Assembly (NCBI RefSeq): GCF_009834535.1
Contig: NC_045697.1
Span: 52,764,001-52,828,000 of the forward strand
Source: Camelus ferus
Lineage: Eukaryota
Length of the DNA stretch: 64,000 nucleotides
Reading direction: 5' to 3'
In this document: in pieces, positions 12,884-26,639 of the stretch
How positions within the stretch are numbered: the first letter of the stretch is position 1
Layout of the letters: each line of letters starts with the position of its first letter
Program-made: the position numbers and the translations under genes
The notes under the pieces: generated by a model
Seen by the model: only the letters and a program-made list of their open reading frames with translations
The model's database searches: none
Told to the model about the DNA's origin: nothing

Positions 12884-15616
12884 TTTTTAATTGAAGTTGA
12901 GTTGATTTACAATGTTTTGTTAGTTTCTGGTGCACAGCATAGTGATCCAATTATATATATTCTTTTTCATATTATTTTTCATTGTCATTTATTACAAGCT
13001 ATTTAATATAGTTCCCTGTGCTATACACAGCAGGACTTTGTTACCTATTTTGTATATAGTAGTTTCTATCTGCCAATCCCAAACTCCTAATTTATCCCTC
13101 CCACTTCCTTTTGTAACCATAAGTTTTCCAAATCTGTGAGTGTTTCTGTTTTGTAAGTAAGTTCATTTGTGTAATTTTTTTAGATTCCACATATAAATGA
13201 TACATATTTATCTTTCTCTATCTGACTTACTTCACTTACTATGATAATCTCTAGGCCTACCCATGTTGCTGCAAATGGCATTATTTCATTATTTTTTATG
13301 GCTAAGTAGTAGTCCACATATCTTCTTTACCCAATCATCTGTCGATGGACATTTAGGTTGCTTCAGGGTTTTGGCTATTGTAAAACAGGGCTGCTATTAA
13401 CACTGGGATGGATGTATCTTTTTGAATTAGATTTTTCTCCAGACATATGCCCAGGAGTGGGATTGCTGGATCATATGGTAAGTCTATTTGTAGTTTTTTA
13501 AGGAATCTCCCTACTGATTTCCATAGTGGCTGCACCAAATCACATTCTCACCAACAGTATAGGAGGGTTCCCTTTTTTCCATACTCTCTGTAGCAATTAT
13601 TTTTGACACTTTAATTATGTCTTGGTGTGTTCTTCTTTGTGTTAATCCTGTATGGGACCCTCTGTGCTTCCTGGACTTGGGTGACTTTTCTTCCCCAGGT
13701 TAGGGAAGTTTTCTGCTATTATCTCTTCAAATATTTTCTGGAGCCCTTTCTCTCCTTCTTCTATAATGTGAATGTTGGTGCACTTTATACTGTCCCAGAG
13801 GTCTCTCAAACTGTCTGTCTTCATTTCTCCTCATTCTGTTTTCTGTTCTGCAGTAGTGATTTCCACTACTCTGTCTTCTAACTCACTGACCCAGTTCTTC
13901 TGCCTCATTTAGTCTATTCTTGGTTCCCTCTAGTGTATTATTCATTTCAGTAATTGTATTCTTCTACTCTGTTTGTTCTGTATACTTTCTAATTCCTTGC
14001 TATAAACTTCCCTCTGTGCATCTATTCTCTGATCATCTTCACAATCATTACCCTGAACTCTTTCTTAGGTATATTGCCTATCTCCTCATCACTTATTTCT
14101 TCTTCCAGGATTTTATCTTGTGCCTTTGCCTGGAACATACTCCTCTGCTGCCTCATTTTGTCTAATTTCTATTTGCATCTTTATGTACATTAGTTATGTT
14201 TCTCAAACTTGGAGAAGTGGCCCTCTGTACTGAGATGTACTATGTATCCCAGCAATGTACTCCCTGCTCGTCATCCAGGGGCCTGTGGCCATGCTGGTCC
14301 CAGGGTGGATTCTGGCCTATGTTTGAGGACTTGTTTTGCAGGTTGCAAGATCAAAGTTTAATAGCTTCTGATGTCTGCCCCCTGGTGGGTGAGGCTGGTC
14401 TAAAGGCTGATGCAAGCTTCCTGGTGGGAGGGGCTGGTGCCTGTCCACTGATGGGTGGAGCTGGCCTTCTGGTGGGCAGGGCTGTCTAAGGGCATGTCTA
14501 GAGGCTGCTGTGGCGTCAGTCTTAGGCAGTGTCTGCTGATGGGTGGGGATATGTCCCCACCTAGTTAGTTGTTTGGCTTGAGGCATCCCAGCTCTGGAGC
14601 CTAAAGGTTGTTGGGTGGGGGCAAGTATCGATGCTAATGTCCAAGCAAGATGTCAGCCTCCTTGAAGGAGAGTTCATTCAGATGAACACTCTTGAATGTC
14701 CACCACAGTGTCCATGCTCCCAGGATGAGCCACAGCCAACTCACGCCTCACCAGGAGACCCCCAAGCCCAGCAGATAGGTCTGGCCCAGGCTCCTATGAA
14801 ATTACTGCTTTTGTCCTTGGTCTCAGCAAGCGTGAGATTTTCTGTGTGATCCTTAGGCATACAGCCTCTGATTCCCCCAGTCCTACAGAGCTCCTGTAAT
14901 CCAGCCCCACTGGCCTTCAAAGCTCAATACTCTGGGCACTCCTCTTCCTGGTGCCAGATTCCCAGGCTGGGGAGCCTGATATGGGACTCATATCTCTCAT
15001 TCCTGTGGGAGAACCTCTATGATATAATTATTCTCCAGTTTGTGGGTCACCCACCCAGGGGAAATGGGGTATATTGCAAGTCCTCCCTCCTACCAGTCTT
15101 GTTGTGGTTTCTTATGTTTTTAGCTACAGAAGATCCTTTCTGGTAGTTTCCAGTCTTTATTGCTGGTTGTTCTGCAGTGAGTGTGGTCTTGGTGTGCCTG
15201 TGAGAGGAGGTGAACTCCAGCTCCTTCTACTCCACCATCCTGAAAAGCAAGTCTCAGCCTGCTTCCTCTCCAGCATTTATTATTTGTAGACTTTTTAATG
15301 ATGGCCATTCTACCTTATTGTCATTTTGATTTGCATTTCTCTGATAATTAGTGATACTAAGCACCTTTTCATGTGCCTACTGACCATTTGTTTGTCTTCA
15401 CTGGAGAAATGTCTGTCTAGTCTTCTGCCCATTTTTTAATTGGGTTTTGTTTTTTTGTTACTGAGTTGTATGAGCTGTTTGTATATTCTGGAAGTTAAGC
15501 CCTTGTCAGTGGCATCATTTGCAAATATTTTCTCCTAGTCTGTAGGTTGTCTTTTCACTTTGTTTACGGTTTCCTTTGCTGTGCAAAAGCTTCTGAGTTT
15601 AATTAGGTCCCATTTG
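12884..15616 (-). mobile_element. Composite L1: ORF2 end and 3' UTR interrupted by an L1 5' UTR plus partial ORF1 (about 13598-15255)
   Basis: ORF2 peptides [15 protein letters not shown] and [30 protein letters not shown] flank the ORF1 peptide DSLRDLWDSIKCTNIHII...IFEEIIAENFPNLGK and an L1-type 5' end (CAGGATGGTGGAGTAGAAGG). Confidence 0.85.
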
Positions 15617-16899
15617 AAGGAGAGAAAAATCTTGTTCTTATTGCAAGAAGCAGTTGTTTACCAGAATTAAAGAAAAGGATTGATCCATTATCTTTATTTG
15701 GTGCAACAAATCTAAAAGATTTTTAACTACAGCAAGAGAAGTAACAGATGGATTGGGAATATTTCCTAAGCCTGACACCAAAATTTCATTTTCCATCTTA
15801 GGCCCTTTAGAGTCCTGCCCTATTTACACCTTGGCTAAAAAATGGGTCATTCAAAGGAAGACATTTCACTTTAAGCAACTCTCCAATTGGGGGAGGGGAA
15901 GAATAGAGAGAATGTAGATCTTATTTTTCATTTTATTTAGTTATTTTTAATAGGTTGCAGTTTCCTCCCATAGTTTAGAGTAATTTAACTATACTTTAAA
16001 AATAGGCACTTCCGTGTAGTAATAGGACTTTTTCCCCCAAAGTAAAAGAACAGAATTTCCCCTGGCATTTAATTCAAAATCGCAGCTCATTATAAAGGGT
16101 GTAACAAAAGGTCAAGTCTATAGTCTTGGTGGTAATGGTAACAGTACAATCTTCATATCAGATACAAATCTCAAGTTAACACTAGAGCAAAAGTTCACCT
16201 AAAATTCCTGGAGTCCATCATTTGTCCTTCAAGTTTGAAGCAGTAACATGATAGATATCAATGCAATCATGACACAGCAGTTTTATGGTCTAAATGCTCT
16301 GCAATTAAATTCTTAAAATAAAGCCAGCCTGACTAAGGAAAAAAAAACTAAAGTTAAAATCAGATGTAGCCTATTTCTCTTTATCTCATATACTTTTAAG
16401 TGAACTTTCTTTTTTCATTGGATGCCTAGTCATCCCTAGAGAATTAATTCAGGGGTCATTTTTTCCTCAGGAAGCTTCACTGACATTCTAAGCCATGTTG
16501 AGGACATCTTCTCTGTGTTCATATGTAACACTATAATGTGTCTCTATTTCATAGGCACCACAAGAGTCTCAAAGGCAAGGACTGAATCAAGTCATCACTT
16601 CATCTCCAGAACCTAGCAGAGGTCTAGGTCAGAACAGATCCCTAATAAATGTTTGTTAAGATAAACTGATAAAGGATTCCAGGTCAAAAATATAAAGGTA
16701 AAGCAAATATTTTGACATTTGCTAAATTTACATTTTCAGCTTATACAAACATGCCCAGTCATAATAGATACAGAAGCACCGCACATACTACAGATGCATA
16801 GTAGTACATGCATTATGTTTTAAACTAACATTACGGTACTTCAGTTGAACAAATGGAATCATCTAAGCACAAAATTACAGCACAAGACTGTATAAGGAT

Positions 16900-17840
16900 T
16901 TACATGACACTCAGTTTAAACTTCAAGGACCCCCTATAGCAGGGTCCCTTCCAAGGTACTGGAATCAGTGCTGATAATGTGTTCCCATGGTTGTGTGCTT
17001 TCACAAAAAATTGCAGAAGTAAGCTTGTTTTCACGAAAATTGCAAAAGTAAGCTAAATGCAGTTGGTTAAGACTGCTGTCTCTGACTCCCCTCCAGCACA
17101 CTTCTTCCTTGGTCAGTGAGGTATTCTGGGTATTTGGCTAAAGGGAATTGAACTGAGGATATATTTAGTTTAGATTTCAGAGGACACACGCAGTTCACAA
17201 TCACTTCCATGTATGATTAGATGATTGCCAGTCTCAGTATAGGAATTACTTCCAGGAGTATCACTACCACCCAAGCATTGCCTTATCTGGTATCATTTAT
17301 ACTAATGCGCAGGACCAGCATCACCTGGACATGAGCTCCACAGGGTATTGGCACAGATGTAAGAACAGTGTTTCATATATGGAAGAAACTTAATGAAAAT
17401 TTCTCCAGATTTGACAACAACCTTAAAATATTACATGACATTATCAGTAAAATGAGCTGGGAATGTGAAATATGTCTACTATCAGTAATAATAAACACAT
17501 TTTGATCAGCCAAGCTAGAGGAAAAAGTAAATAATCTTTCTATTCTATTAAAAACTATAATCCCATTTTACAAATTTTTGACATAAGAAGTAGACAAAAA
17601 GTATGGAGCTAAAAATATAAATTAAAAATATTAAGGGATATCAGGCTTAATTGCATATTATTATTAATTTAATAATAAAAATATTATTTTTCTATATTTT
17701 GTGATGTTCATTGACTTTACATTATTGTAATCTATTGTAATTTTTTCTCATTCTAAAGTTTACTTTGTTACCTAATTTTATACTCATAACTTTTTATTCA
17801 TTTTCTCAAGAAAGGTCCTGCAAAAATTGGATTAGTCTCT
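16900..17840 (+). mobile_element. hAT (Tip100/Zaphod-like) DNA transposon relic
   Basis: About 17400-17550 reads as a decayed hAT C-terminal dimerisation region (SPDLTTTLKYYMTL...LEEKVNNLSIL). Confidence 0.6.
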
Positions 17841-19899
17841 ACCCACTTGAAAGCTCACTAAAGGTACTGGCAGATGGAAAGTTAGAAGCTACAGCCTGAT
17901 ACAACTGATTCTCTCAGTTATCTACACACAAACCTGTTAGGTACCTTCTCAGAGGAAGTACTCTCGACCCTCCCCTACAGAATTAACCATGCTCTCCTCC
18001 AGGTACTGCTAACTCTGTACAGTCTCCTATCATCATATTGCCAAACTAACTCATCTGTCTCCCCTATTAACGTGTGCAGTTTAGGAGCCAGTCCTACATA
18101 TGTCTTATTTGTGTGGGTATTTTTTCAGAAGCTATTTTGTAATGCTTAAAATAAGTGATCAAAAATTCTTGATCTTTTTAGAAGTTGCTATTCCTTGATG
18201 TTTAGGAAAGTTTATTCAATAAGGCTCTTTCACTATCTTACATGTTGATTCATCACTATGGGTATGAACAGGATTAACTCTAAGAATTGACGCAATGACC
18301 TAGAGTTGAAGTACTGTGTCATCCCAGTGTTTTGCTCACCTAAAGGATCATTATAGTTGAAAAAGCTGTGTTGTCCAATGGGGGAAAATAAGCAGCAAGT
18401 GCAAATAACAGGCAGTAGTAAACTACCTGTTCCTCCTCCGTAAAAGCTGAGCTACTCATTTAGCTAATGGGATCTCTAAAACTTCATGAAGTGAAATGGA
18501 AGTATGCCCTTATATCAAACACCCACTTTATTTTTAAGTTTTACTTTTAAAAATTAAGGGAGCTTTTGGGGTGATGAAAATATTCTGGGACTTCAAAGGG
18601 GTGTGGGTTACACAAGGGTACATATTTGTCTAAATAATCAAACTATAAACTTAAGACTTGAGCATTTTCACTATTTGTAAATCATACTTCAATAAAACAA
18701 AAATAAAAATAAACTTAAAGCAATGAACTTGAGCCTACTCATACATATCTCTGAGCTACATAATAGGGAAATACCTCCCATAATGTTCCTAAATATTTAT
18801 ACAATAGTTTTTTTTTACTGACATTTTTGCCTCCAGTTCTTAATCTAGTTTGAGCCTCTGATAATATGAAAGACATTATGAGACTTCTTTCATAGAAACA
18901 TAATATTTTGCACACACAAATTCAGGGAGGTGCTAAAACCTGTTCATAAACCCAGAAAAAGAACTCCTGCCCTAGTCTGTCTCATTTCTCTCAGGCTATC
19001 GAGAGAACATTCATTTTCTCCTGAAACCTTCTAAGAGCTCCAACTTATTTTCTAGTCCTTTAGATGTATTCTGAATAAAACCAAGCAGATGTTTAAGATA
19101 AGTCTTTTACTCAATGAAAAAAAAATCTACAGTCTATATTCTATGGTTTATTCTTTTTCTATTCAATAGTGACTCTAACAGAAAGCTTTGCTCATATTTG
19201 TAAAACAATTTATACTAAAGTTCAAAATCACAGCATTTATACGAAATTCAATGCATTAAATTAATATTCGTAAGAAAGTAAAGAAGCCCATGTTGATGTC
19301 TATAAAAACTGATAAAGTGTCCTGGGAAATAGGGAAAAGCCTTTATTTCTTTTAAGGACTGGAACTAGAGGAAGATATTGGAAACATGAATACAGAAGTT
19401 ATAAATAATTTTTCTCCTATAAGTCTGATGTCAAATGCAGCTGACTGGTTTTTGCTTGCTGCTTTGTTTTATTTTGTTTTTTTTTTAATAAAACCAAACA
19501 TTATTCTTGATTTGGAGATAAATTTTAACCAATGGATAATTAAAGTCAAAGACATTAAAGTTTAAATGAGATTTGCTAAAGCATACTTAGAAGTATAACA
19601 TGAATAATCTGGAATATCAGTGAAGACTAATAATAAATAATAAATAAATAAAAGGTAGCTCCTCACAACTCAAATCTAGATTAATCCACTTTTTTTTTGT
19701 TAAAGTGAGTTATGTAACGCAGTTAGAAAAAGGACTTTTAGACTCACTACCTACTAATACATTGCAATAACAAAGAACTCAAAAAACATTAAGTAGTTTA
19801 ACACAATAACATAATTTCCTTTCATTTAGAGACAGCATACAACTGTGGATGCTTAGCAGAGAACATGGCAATAAATGGATCAGTACCCATAAGAAGACT

Positions 19900-20900
19900 A
19901 TCTTGAAGAACAATGTAAAGTTGGTGGGCTGAAAATACACATAGTTTCCACTCCATATTCAAAGTGATAAAGTGAATTTTCAAAAATAGTCAATCCCATA
20001 AAGACAAAAAAAGAGTGAAAGAGGAAACAACAACAAAATTTTAGGAACTAGAAAGCAGATGAATAAATAACCAAATTAACATACCTAAAAACCTAACCCT
20101 AAACTTAAAAGCAACTCAATTTATGCCACAGATCCCATAAAAGGCTCAGGAATTAGTATAAGTAGGTTATTCTGAAAGTAGGAGTGAAGATGGAACAAGA
20201 CTTTCACAGTTCATTTAAGGAGTTACACACTCAGGACCCCCTCTGCAATCTACACAGTGGACTTCTATACTACCCCCATCCTGAGAAAAGACTAGAAGCT
20301 AAAGGTTTATTCTATGGGAGGGTACAGCTTAGTGGTAGAGTATGTGCCTAGCATGCACAAGGTCCTAGGTTCAATACCCAGTGGCTCCATTAAAGATAAA
20401 TAAATAAAAACCTAATTACCCCCCCAAATTAATTAATTAACTTAAAAAAAAAACGTACTGAGTACACAGAAAATAAAACAAAAAATTTCCAGAAACAGCA
20501 TAAAGATGTTCAAGAAAGGAGAAATAAAATTACAGGGTATACTTGGCTCAACTATCAACAGAGTTTATATAGTACTAATTATAATGAGAAGCTGGTAGGA
20601 TATGAAGTATGTATATATATATATGGTATGGGGAGGGGGGAGTGACATCCTCTCCTTCCATAAGAATTCAATAGTTAATGCCTAGAAATGAAAAATTAAT
20701 ATGTAACCATATAAATAAGTTAGAGATAAGAAATTAAAAGTGAAAATAATCAGGTAAAAGAGTTCAAGTATCTGTATCTAGAAGCAGAAAAAGGAGGGGT
20801 TGTTTTTATGACGAGTCTTACAGAACCATTTGATGCTAAATTAAATCATGGACATGATAATACTGACAAAAAATTAAGACTAAATTTTAAAAAATTTGAA
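19900..20900 (+). mobile_element. Old L1 (L1MC/L1M4-like) fragments surrounding the SINE
   Basis: Resembles old L1 UTR sequence (aaaggctcaggaatt, agactagaag...ggtttattct). Confidence 0.4.
20316..20453 (+). mobile_element. tRNA-derived SINE, camelid Vic-1-like
   Basis: GGGAGGGTACAGCTTAGTGGTAGAG (A box) and GGTTCAATACC (B box), followed by AATAAATAAAAACCTAATTACCCCCCC and poly(A). Confidence 0.8.
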
Positions 20901-21844
20901 ATCTTAAAGTCTGAACACTTATCAAAACATGGCAATAAAATGGGTTATGTACAGAAATGTTAATAAACTTGGTCTAGCTCTAAAATCTAAGCATACTGCA
21001 CAATAATGTATGTATGACCCCAGCATATTTACATAGACTATAGATGAGTAAGCCAAAATCAACTATATCTATGCAGACTTCTCCTCCATTAGGTTTATTA
21101 GCTGGTGGCTACTGCCATCATCCTTAGCTCTACTATCAAAAATTGTTTCAAAAGCATTCATTCATCTTAGAAACTTTGCCAGATTCAATCAATCTGATAT
21201 GCCAATGGCCCCTGAGGAAACCAAAAGCCATCGGTTAGATACACATCAAGCTGCAATTTGTAAAAGCAGCACAGGGTAGTGGAAAGTGACTGCTGACTGA
21301 ACCTACGGCCCTGGAATCAGAGAGCACTTCCCCACTTAGTAAGAGACCTTGACTTAGTTACTTACTACTTAGCCTCTCTGGAGCCTTATTTCCCTCATCT
21401 AAAAATGAAGAAAGCATTGTGCTGCAGAGTTGTTTCAAACATTGGAAACCAGTAAGTAAAATAATAATGCAATGCGTGGCACAAAGATCAATGAAAGCCA
21501 TGTACTATTATTTCACTCAAGCATTATCTTCTCCATATGGAATAGTAGAAATCTTGTTTGTGCAATTAGGTATTCCTGGGTTAGAATCCCTAATTCGCCT
21601 TATACTAGTTAGGTGACCTTAGGTAAGCTACTTTATCGCTCTTGAAAATGACTTTTCCCCCTTTTGCCTCTTTTCTGTTCCCCTATAACCTCAAAAGAAC
21701 CTAATAATAGGAATGAGATCACTAGGCAACTTAAAATAACTCCAGATTTATGCTCTCCTGAATGCACACATCTTGCCTAACCTGTTGATTCTTTTCCTAG
21801 ATGAAAAGAAGAATGAAGAATGAAGAATGAAGTAAAGAATGATT

Positions 21845-22190
21845 AGCCCTCTACCCCCAACAGCTCTCTCAGCAATCCTGCAGGCAGATCACGTGGCAAG
21901 ATAACATCTGAAGAGAGAGTCAGCCAGTCTGCAAAGCAATAGAGAAAGATGTAGAAACCAACTTCTTGTCTCAATGATTCACTGAGATTCTTTACCCACC
22001 CTACTCCCGACATTTCCCTTGAAAAACTGTCATGGCTGAGCAGAATCTTCAGAGTTGATCTCTGGACATGAGTCCACCTTCTCCCCAGATTGCTGGATTT
22101 TCTGATTAAAGAACCTTCCCTTTCTATGGACACTTGCCTCTTGTTCATTGGCTTTTGAGTGGCAAGCAGCCAAACCTCAGTTCAGTAACA
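21845..22190 (+). mobile_element. ERV1-type LTR 3' portion inserted in a MIR
   Basis: ATTAAA signal and a U5-like end GGCAAGCAGCCAAACCTCAGTTCAGTAACA. MIR-like sequence at about 21570-21650 resumes at about 22190. Confidence 0.6.
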
Positions 22191-25100
22191 CTTTGAATGC
22201 AAAAAAAAGAGAAATTGTATCACCTACCATGTAGGATGGTTCTGAAACCAAATGATATGTACAGAAATATAAAGCACCACCCAGTGCAGAGTCAGTGCTC
22301 AATAATTGATATCAGTTAAAAATATCTGTACCATCTCTTTATCCTTTGTAGTGAAGGCCCATCATAGAAATAAGCTACATTATATCTAATTTTGTACTTT
22401 TTAAATAAGCAACTGTAAAAAGTGGGAAGTCATGTCATGTCAAAAAATACAACTAAAATAGCAAGACACTTGGAATTCTTGGTATAATTGAGATTAGTGT
22501 CATTAGAATTTGTTTATGTAATTGACTAAGTATAGCCTTGGAAAAATCAAAGATCTCAGGATCTCAACTGGTTCATCTAAAAATAAAGAGGCTGGAACAA
22601 AATCATTTCCATTCCTAAAAATCACTAAATGTAAATTATTTATCCAGAGATTTGATCTCATCCCACAAGTTACCATAAACCTTTTCAAACACCATTAGGA
22701 AGAAACACTGAATGTTGTCAAATATAAAACTGTCCTTTTAGAAATAAGAAAATGAGGCACAAAAGGACCATGATTTTGCCCAACTTACATACTGCAGATC
22801 ACAAGAATAACTGAATTCTTCTATAAAGGAACTGAGGGAAAATATTTCTTTTATTCAAGATTGTTTCATTCTCCCTTTCTGTTCAGAAGCAAGGATTTCC
22901 ATCCTTCAGATCACTAACAGTTTCAGCATGAGCATACGGTACCCAAGTACAGGACAATCATGAGTCCTCCAAACAAAGGCTAAAAACAAGAATGGTTCAT
23001 GGTTATCAGTGTGATGTCAGAAAGGTCCCTGTGAAATAAATACACAGATGCAGCCAAACCTGGGAACACAAGGCAGAGAAAGGGCTGTATAAAACTCCAG
23101 GAAAGGTATAATTTTTCAAAAGCCCCTTTAATCCTAATACAGCCAACTGCAAAAGTGACATTTTACATTATCTGGGATTCAGCAAAGCTCCCCATTTCTT
23201 GGAAAGGGCTTCAGCTGTGGCCATTTAAAACTAAGAGAATAACAGGAGTAAAAGCCATCAAACAGGGGAAAAAAAGAAAGGGAAAAATGCATAAAACATA
23301 ATGCAAAAATCTTCCCCTCTTCTCCCCAGCTTCTTTTTGAACTAAGTAAAATGTAAATATCAGAACTGCCATTAAAAAAGGAACAAATTCATTAAGGCTA
23401 GCAGGGTTTCTCACACATACAATTATGCAAAGTATTTACTGATAAAATGATAGTGTTCTGAATTGTCGTAACTATAACTTACTCATACTCATAACAGTTT
23501 GACCTGTAAGTGCTCAGAAACAATAAGCATATCATAAAGGCATATTCTTCAGATTAACTAACAACTGGACACTACCATTCACTTATAGTTTGGGAGAAAG
23601 ACTTTCCACTCTGAACTTACCCAGAAAGAAAAAGCCTGGCAGAGCTCTCTATCAGACCCCATGAGAAAAGCAACACATGCATCAAGAGTAGTAAGTGAAA
23701 AGCAATTTTTAGATCTACCTCCAGAATCTATAGGTCATTTTTACAGCTTTAAGTATGCCATCTGCCTTCCAAACACGTTTATTACTTGCATTAAATTATC
23801 ACCTTCTTACATTTGCATTAAAATATATGGAAGATAACTAAGAAACAAGAAATCCAATTGCAGTTAAAGATTTCATTTTGTAAAATCCACCTTTACAGGT
23901 GATCCATGCTTATCTTGGAGAAAAGTAGTATTTTCCTAGCAAGATTTTAAAATTATGTTCTACCGTTACTTTTCACATGACTATTAATTTTTAAATTTCA
24001 CTTATTAAAAAAGGCTTACATTCTAAATGTTAACATAAGAGGTATTTATTTTCCCCTTTTAAAATAAAGGTTAATTGTATTAAGAGCAAGCACCCTAACC
24101 ATGCTGTTAGAAATAAAGAGGACAAATTCTTTGGAAGAATCTTTACTATTAACTTCTTTATTTGGTTATATCTGAATATATATAAATATAAAAAGCCCAA
24201 GAAGCCAAGAAACCCTCATGATTATTATTCTTAGTGCACAATGGTGGTGGGGACGCAGGGATACGAGCACTCTATTCACTACTACTGAACACAATTTACA
24301 GTGGCAGGTAGGGAACGTGCCGGCATATGTCAATCTTTGAAAGAAGGGTAAGACAACAATGTCTCTACAAAACTGCAAGATAAAGATCCAATAAAAAAGT
24401 GTTCCAAATCTTTCTGTGCACATTAGCCATCTATTTCTATTTTCTCAGAAGTCTTTGGAAGGGGAAAATTAGAGCAGAATGAAGGGACTCACTCATACTT
24501 CCACCTACCACCATGAAAATACTTGAAAATGTCATTGATATGTTAAAAAAATTTTTGTTACCAATATATAACAGGCACTATGCTAGATGGTAGAGATTTA
24601 AAAATAGTTTTTGAAACTGCTGCATCTTCAAAGAGGTCACATACTCTGATGAGGAAGAAAGGCTTGAAAACTGACAAGTACAGTATCTTTTGCCACAGGC
24701 TAAAATAAGGACTATGGAGGACACTGAAATGATATCTAACAAACTGGGAAGAGGGCACAATTCAGGGAAAAAGAGTTGGCTCCAGAACTAAGAAATGAGA
24801 GTAGGATGGAGAAGGCAGTCCAACCAGAACAACAGGAATAGCATTTACAAAGGCAGCGTGGGAGAAATGCATGTTGAAAGAAATGCAAATAAAATGGCTA
24901 AGTTCTGTGCAGGAGAACAGGGCGGAAGGAGCAGATGAGGCTGGAGTGGTAGGCAAACACCATATCACGAGGGGCCCTCAATGCCTTGGGACTTTGCCAA
25001 CCACTTCCAGCCCATTCCCATCTCTACCTGAAAAGCCCAAGGTAACTGCAGGAAGACAGAGGGCCAAAGGAGTCCAGCCACCTCCTTTCCTTATTAAAAA

Positions 25101-26639
25101 AGCGATGCTGGAGTGGAGCAATAGAGACAGCAGCACCAAAATCAAGCAGAGCAGGCCTCCAAATCCACCCAAACAGAAACAGCCTTTGCCAAAAAATACA
25201 GAAGCACATAACTGCAAAATTCCTGCTATTCTGAATACATGAACATACCAGACATATCCTATAACTTTCATAAATACCGAATGCAACCATTTCACACCTA
25301 TACCCAAAGAAGTTTGTATATTCAATGCAACATCAATCATCTTTAACCTTCATCAGCCATGGACTTAAAACCAATGAGTTGAACACAACTGTTGAAGAGC
25401 ACATTCATGTAACATGCTGGTCTCCAATTTTTGGTATGGTTTGGCTCTAACTATAATCTGAAAAAAAATTTTTTAATTTCATTTTTTGATAACTTGCCAT
25501 TTCCCAAATTAAAAATTGACAAGGTTAACAAAGGAATGATTAAAAAGTTGAACAGCCTGACAGATAAGACCCGTTTGGGAGTCCTTAACAATAGAGTGGA
25601 GACATAAGCATCAGTCCTCAAAACAATGCTGTGCTCTGGTTGACTGACTTCAATTTTGACAAATTGGCTTGTTGTTCACTGACTCAAAAGTGCAATTGCT
25701 AAGACCTGAAAGTAACAGAACCAGCTGAACATTTGGCAGGGTGTGGGGAAGGGTTAGAGAGAATGCAATCAGGCGTATGTGAGGAAAACCTATAACCAAC
25801 AGGGAGTTTTTAAACAAAGAGTTATTTCAGTAGTTAAGTCTATGCTGCAGGGCACCAGCAAACAGATTCTCTAAAGAGAAGGTCATGCCGCTGCCCATCT
25901 GTCTGGAACATGATCTGAGCACCGAGATACCAGAAAAGCTGCCATAAAAGACTTTTATCCCTACTGCTTCCACTTTATATCTTCACCAAATACTGTACAG
26001 AAAGTATTTACATTAAACCATTAACTATTTCTACAAAGAAACATAAATATTAATACTCAATACTGTAACGACTGAACTATTCCCATCAAATTTCAGCTTG
26101 AGAACAACAAAAGAACTTCGACAGATAAAACAACAGTAGCAGTAAAAGAAGACTCAAATTTTTCATTACAAATAACAACAACAAGGCTACTTGGCTATGA
26201 GGTACATAGACTATAACCCAGATAATGTTTGTTTACCTTCAAACTCCTGCTTTTAAGTCCTAACCTCAGAAAATCAAAGTAGCACTGATATATATGACAA
26301 TAAACCAACAGAAACTGGCTATAATTTATTAATCAGAAATAAGTATGTTTATAAAAAATAATAACAGCAACAAGCAACCATCACACTTAAGATACTGACA
26401 ATGAACTAGACATCACTGTTGCATATAACTACAATTTACTGAGCTAGGCCTTTTACGTTCAGTATCCCTAATCCTCCCCACATCTCTGAGGCACTGGTCC
26501 TAAAACAGAATTCATGGCAGGAAAAACTAGATTACTATCACCCTCATACCATACACAGTGGAGTTTCAGAATGCTTTCATCTTTAATATGGCCAAAGCAG
26601 GGGCTCACACATGCTCAGGAGAGGAGTAATGGTGGCTGA

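Noticed and set aside
20316..20390. tRNA-like sequence
   Set aside because: It continues into a SINE body and poly(A), and the stems carry mismatches. It is a SINE rather than a tRNA gene.
24871..25340. Antiparallel ORFs of 123 and 120 aa in MOB1B intron 1
   Set aside because: No recognisable protein similarity, poly(A) or TSD, and the start lies in L2-like sequence. A BLAST search would be needed to exclude a retrocopy.
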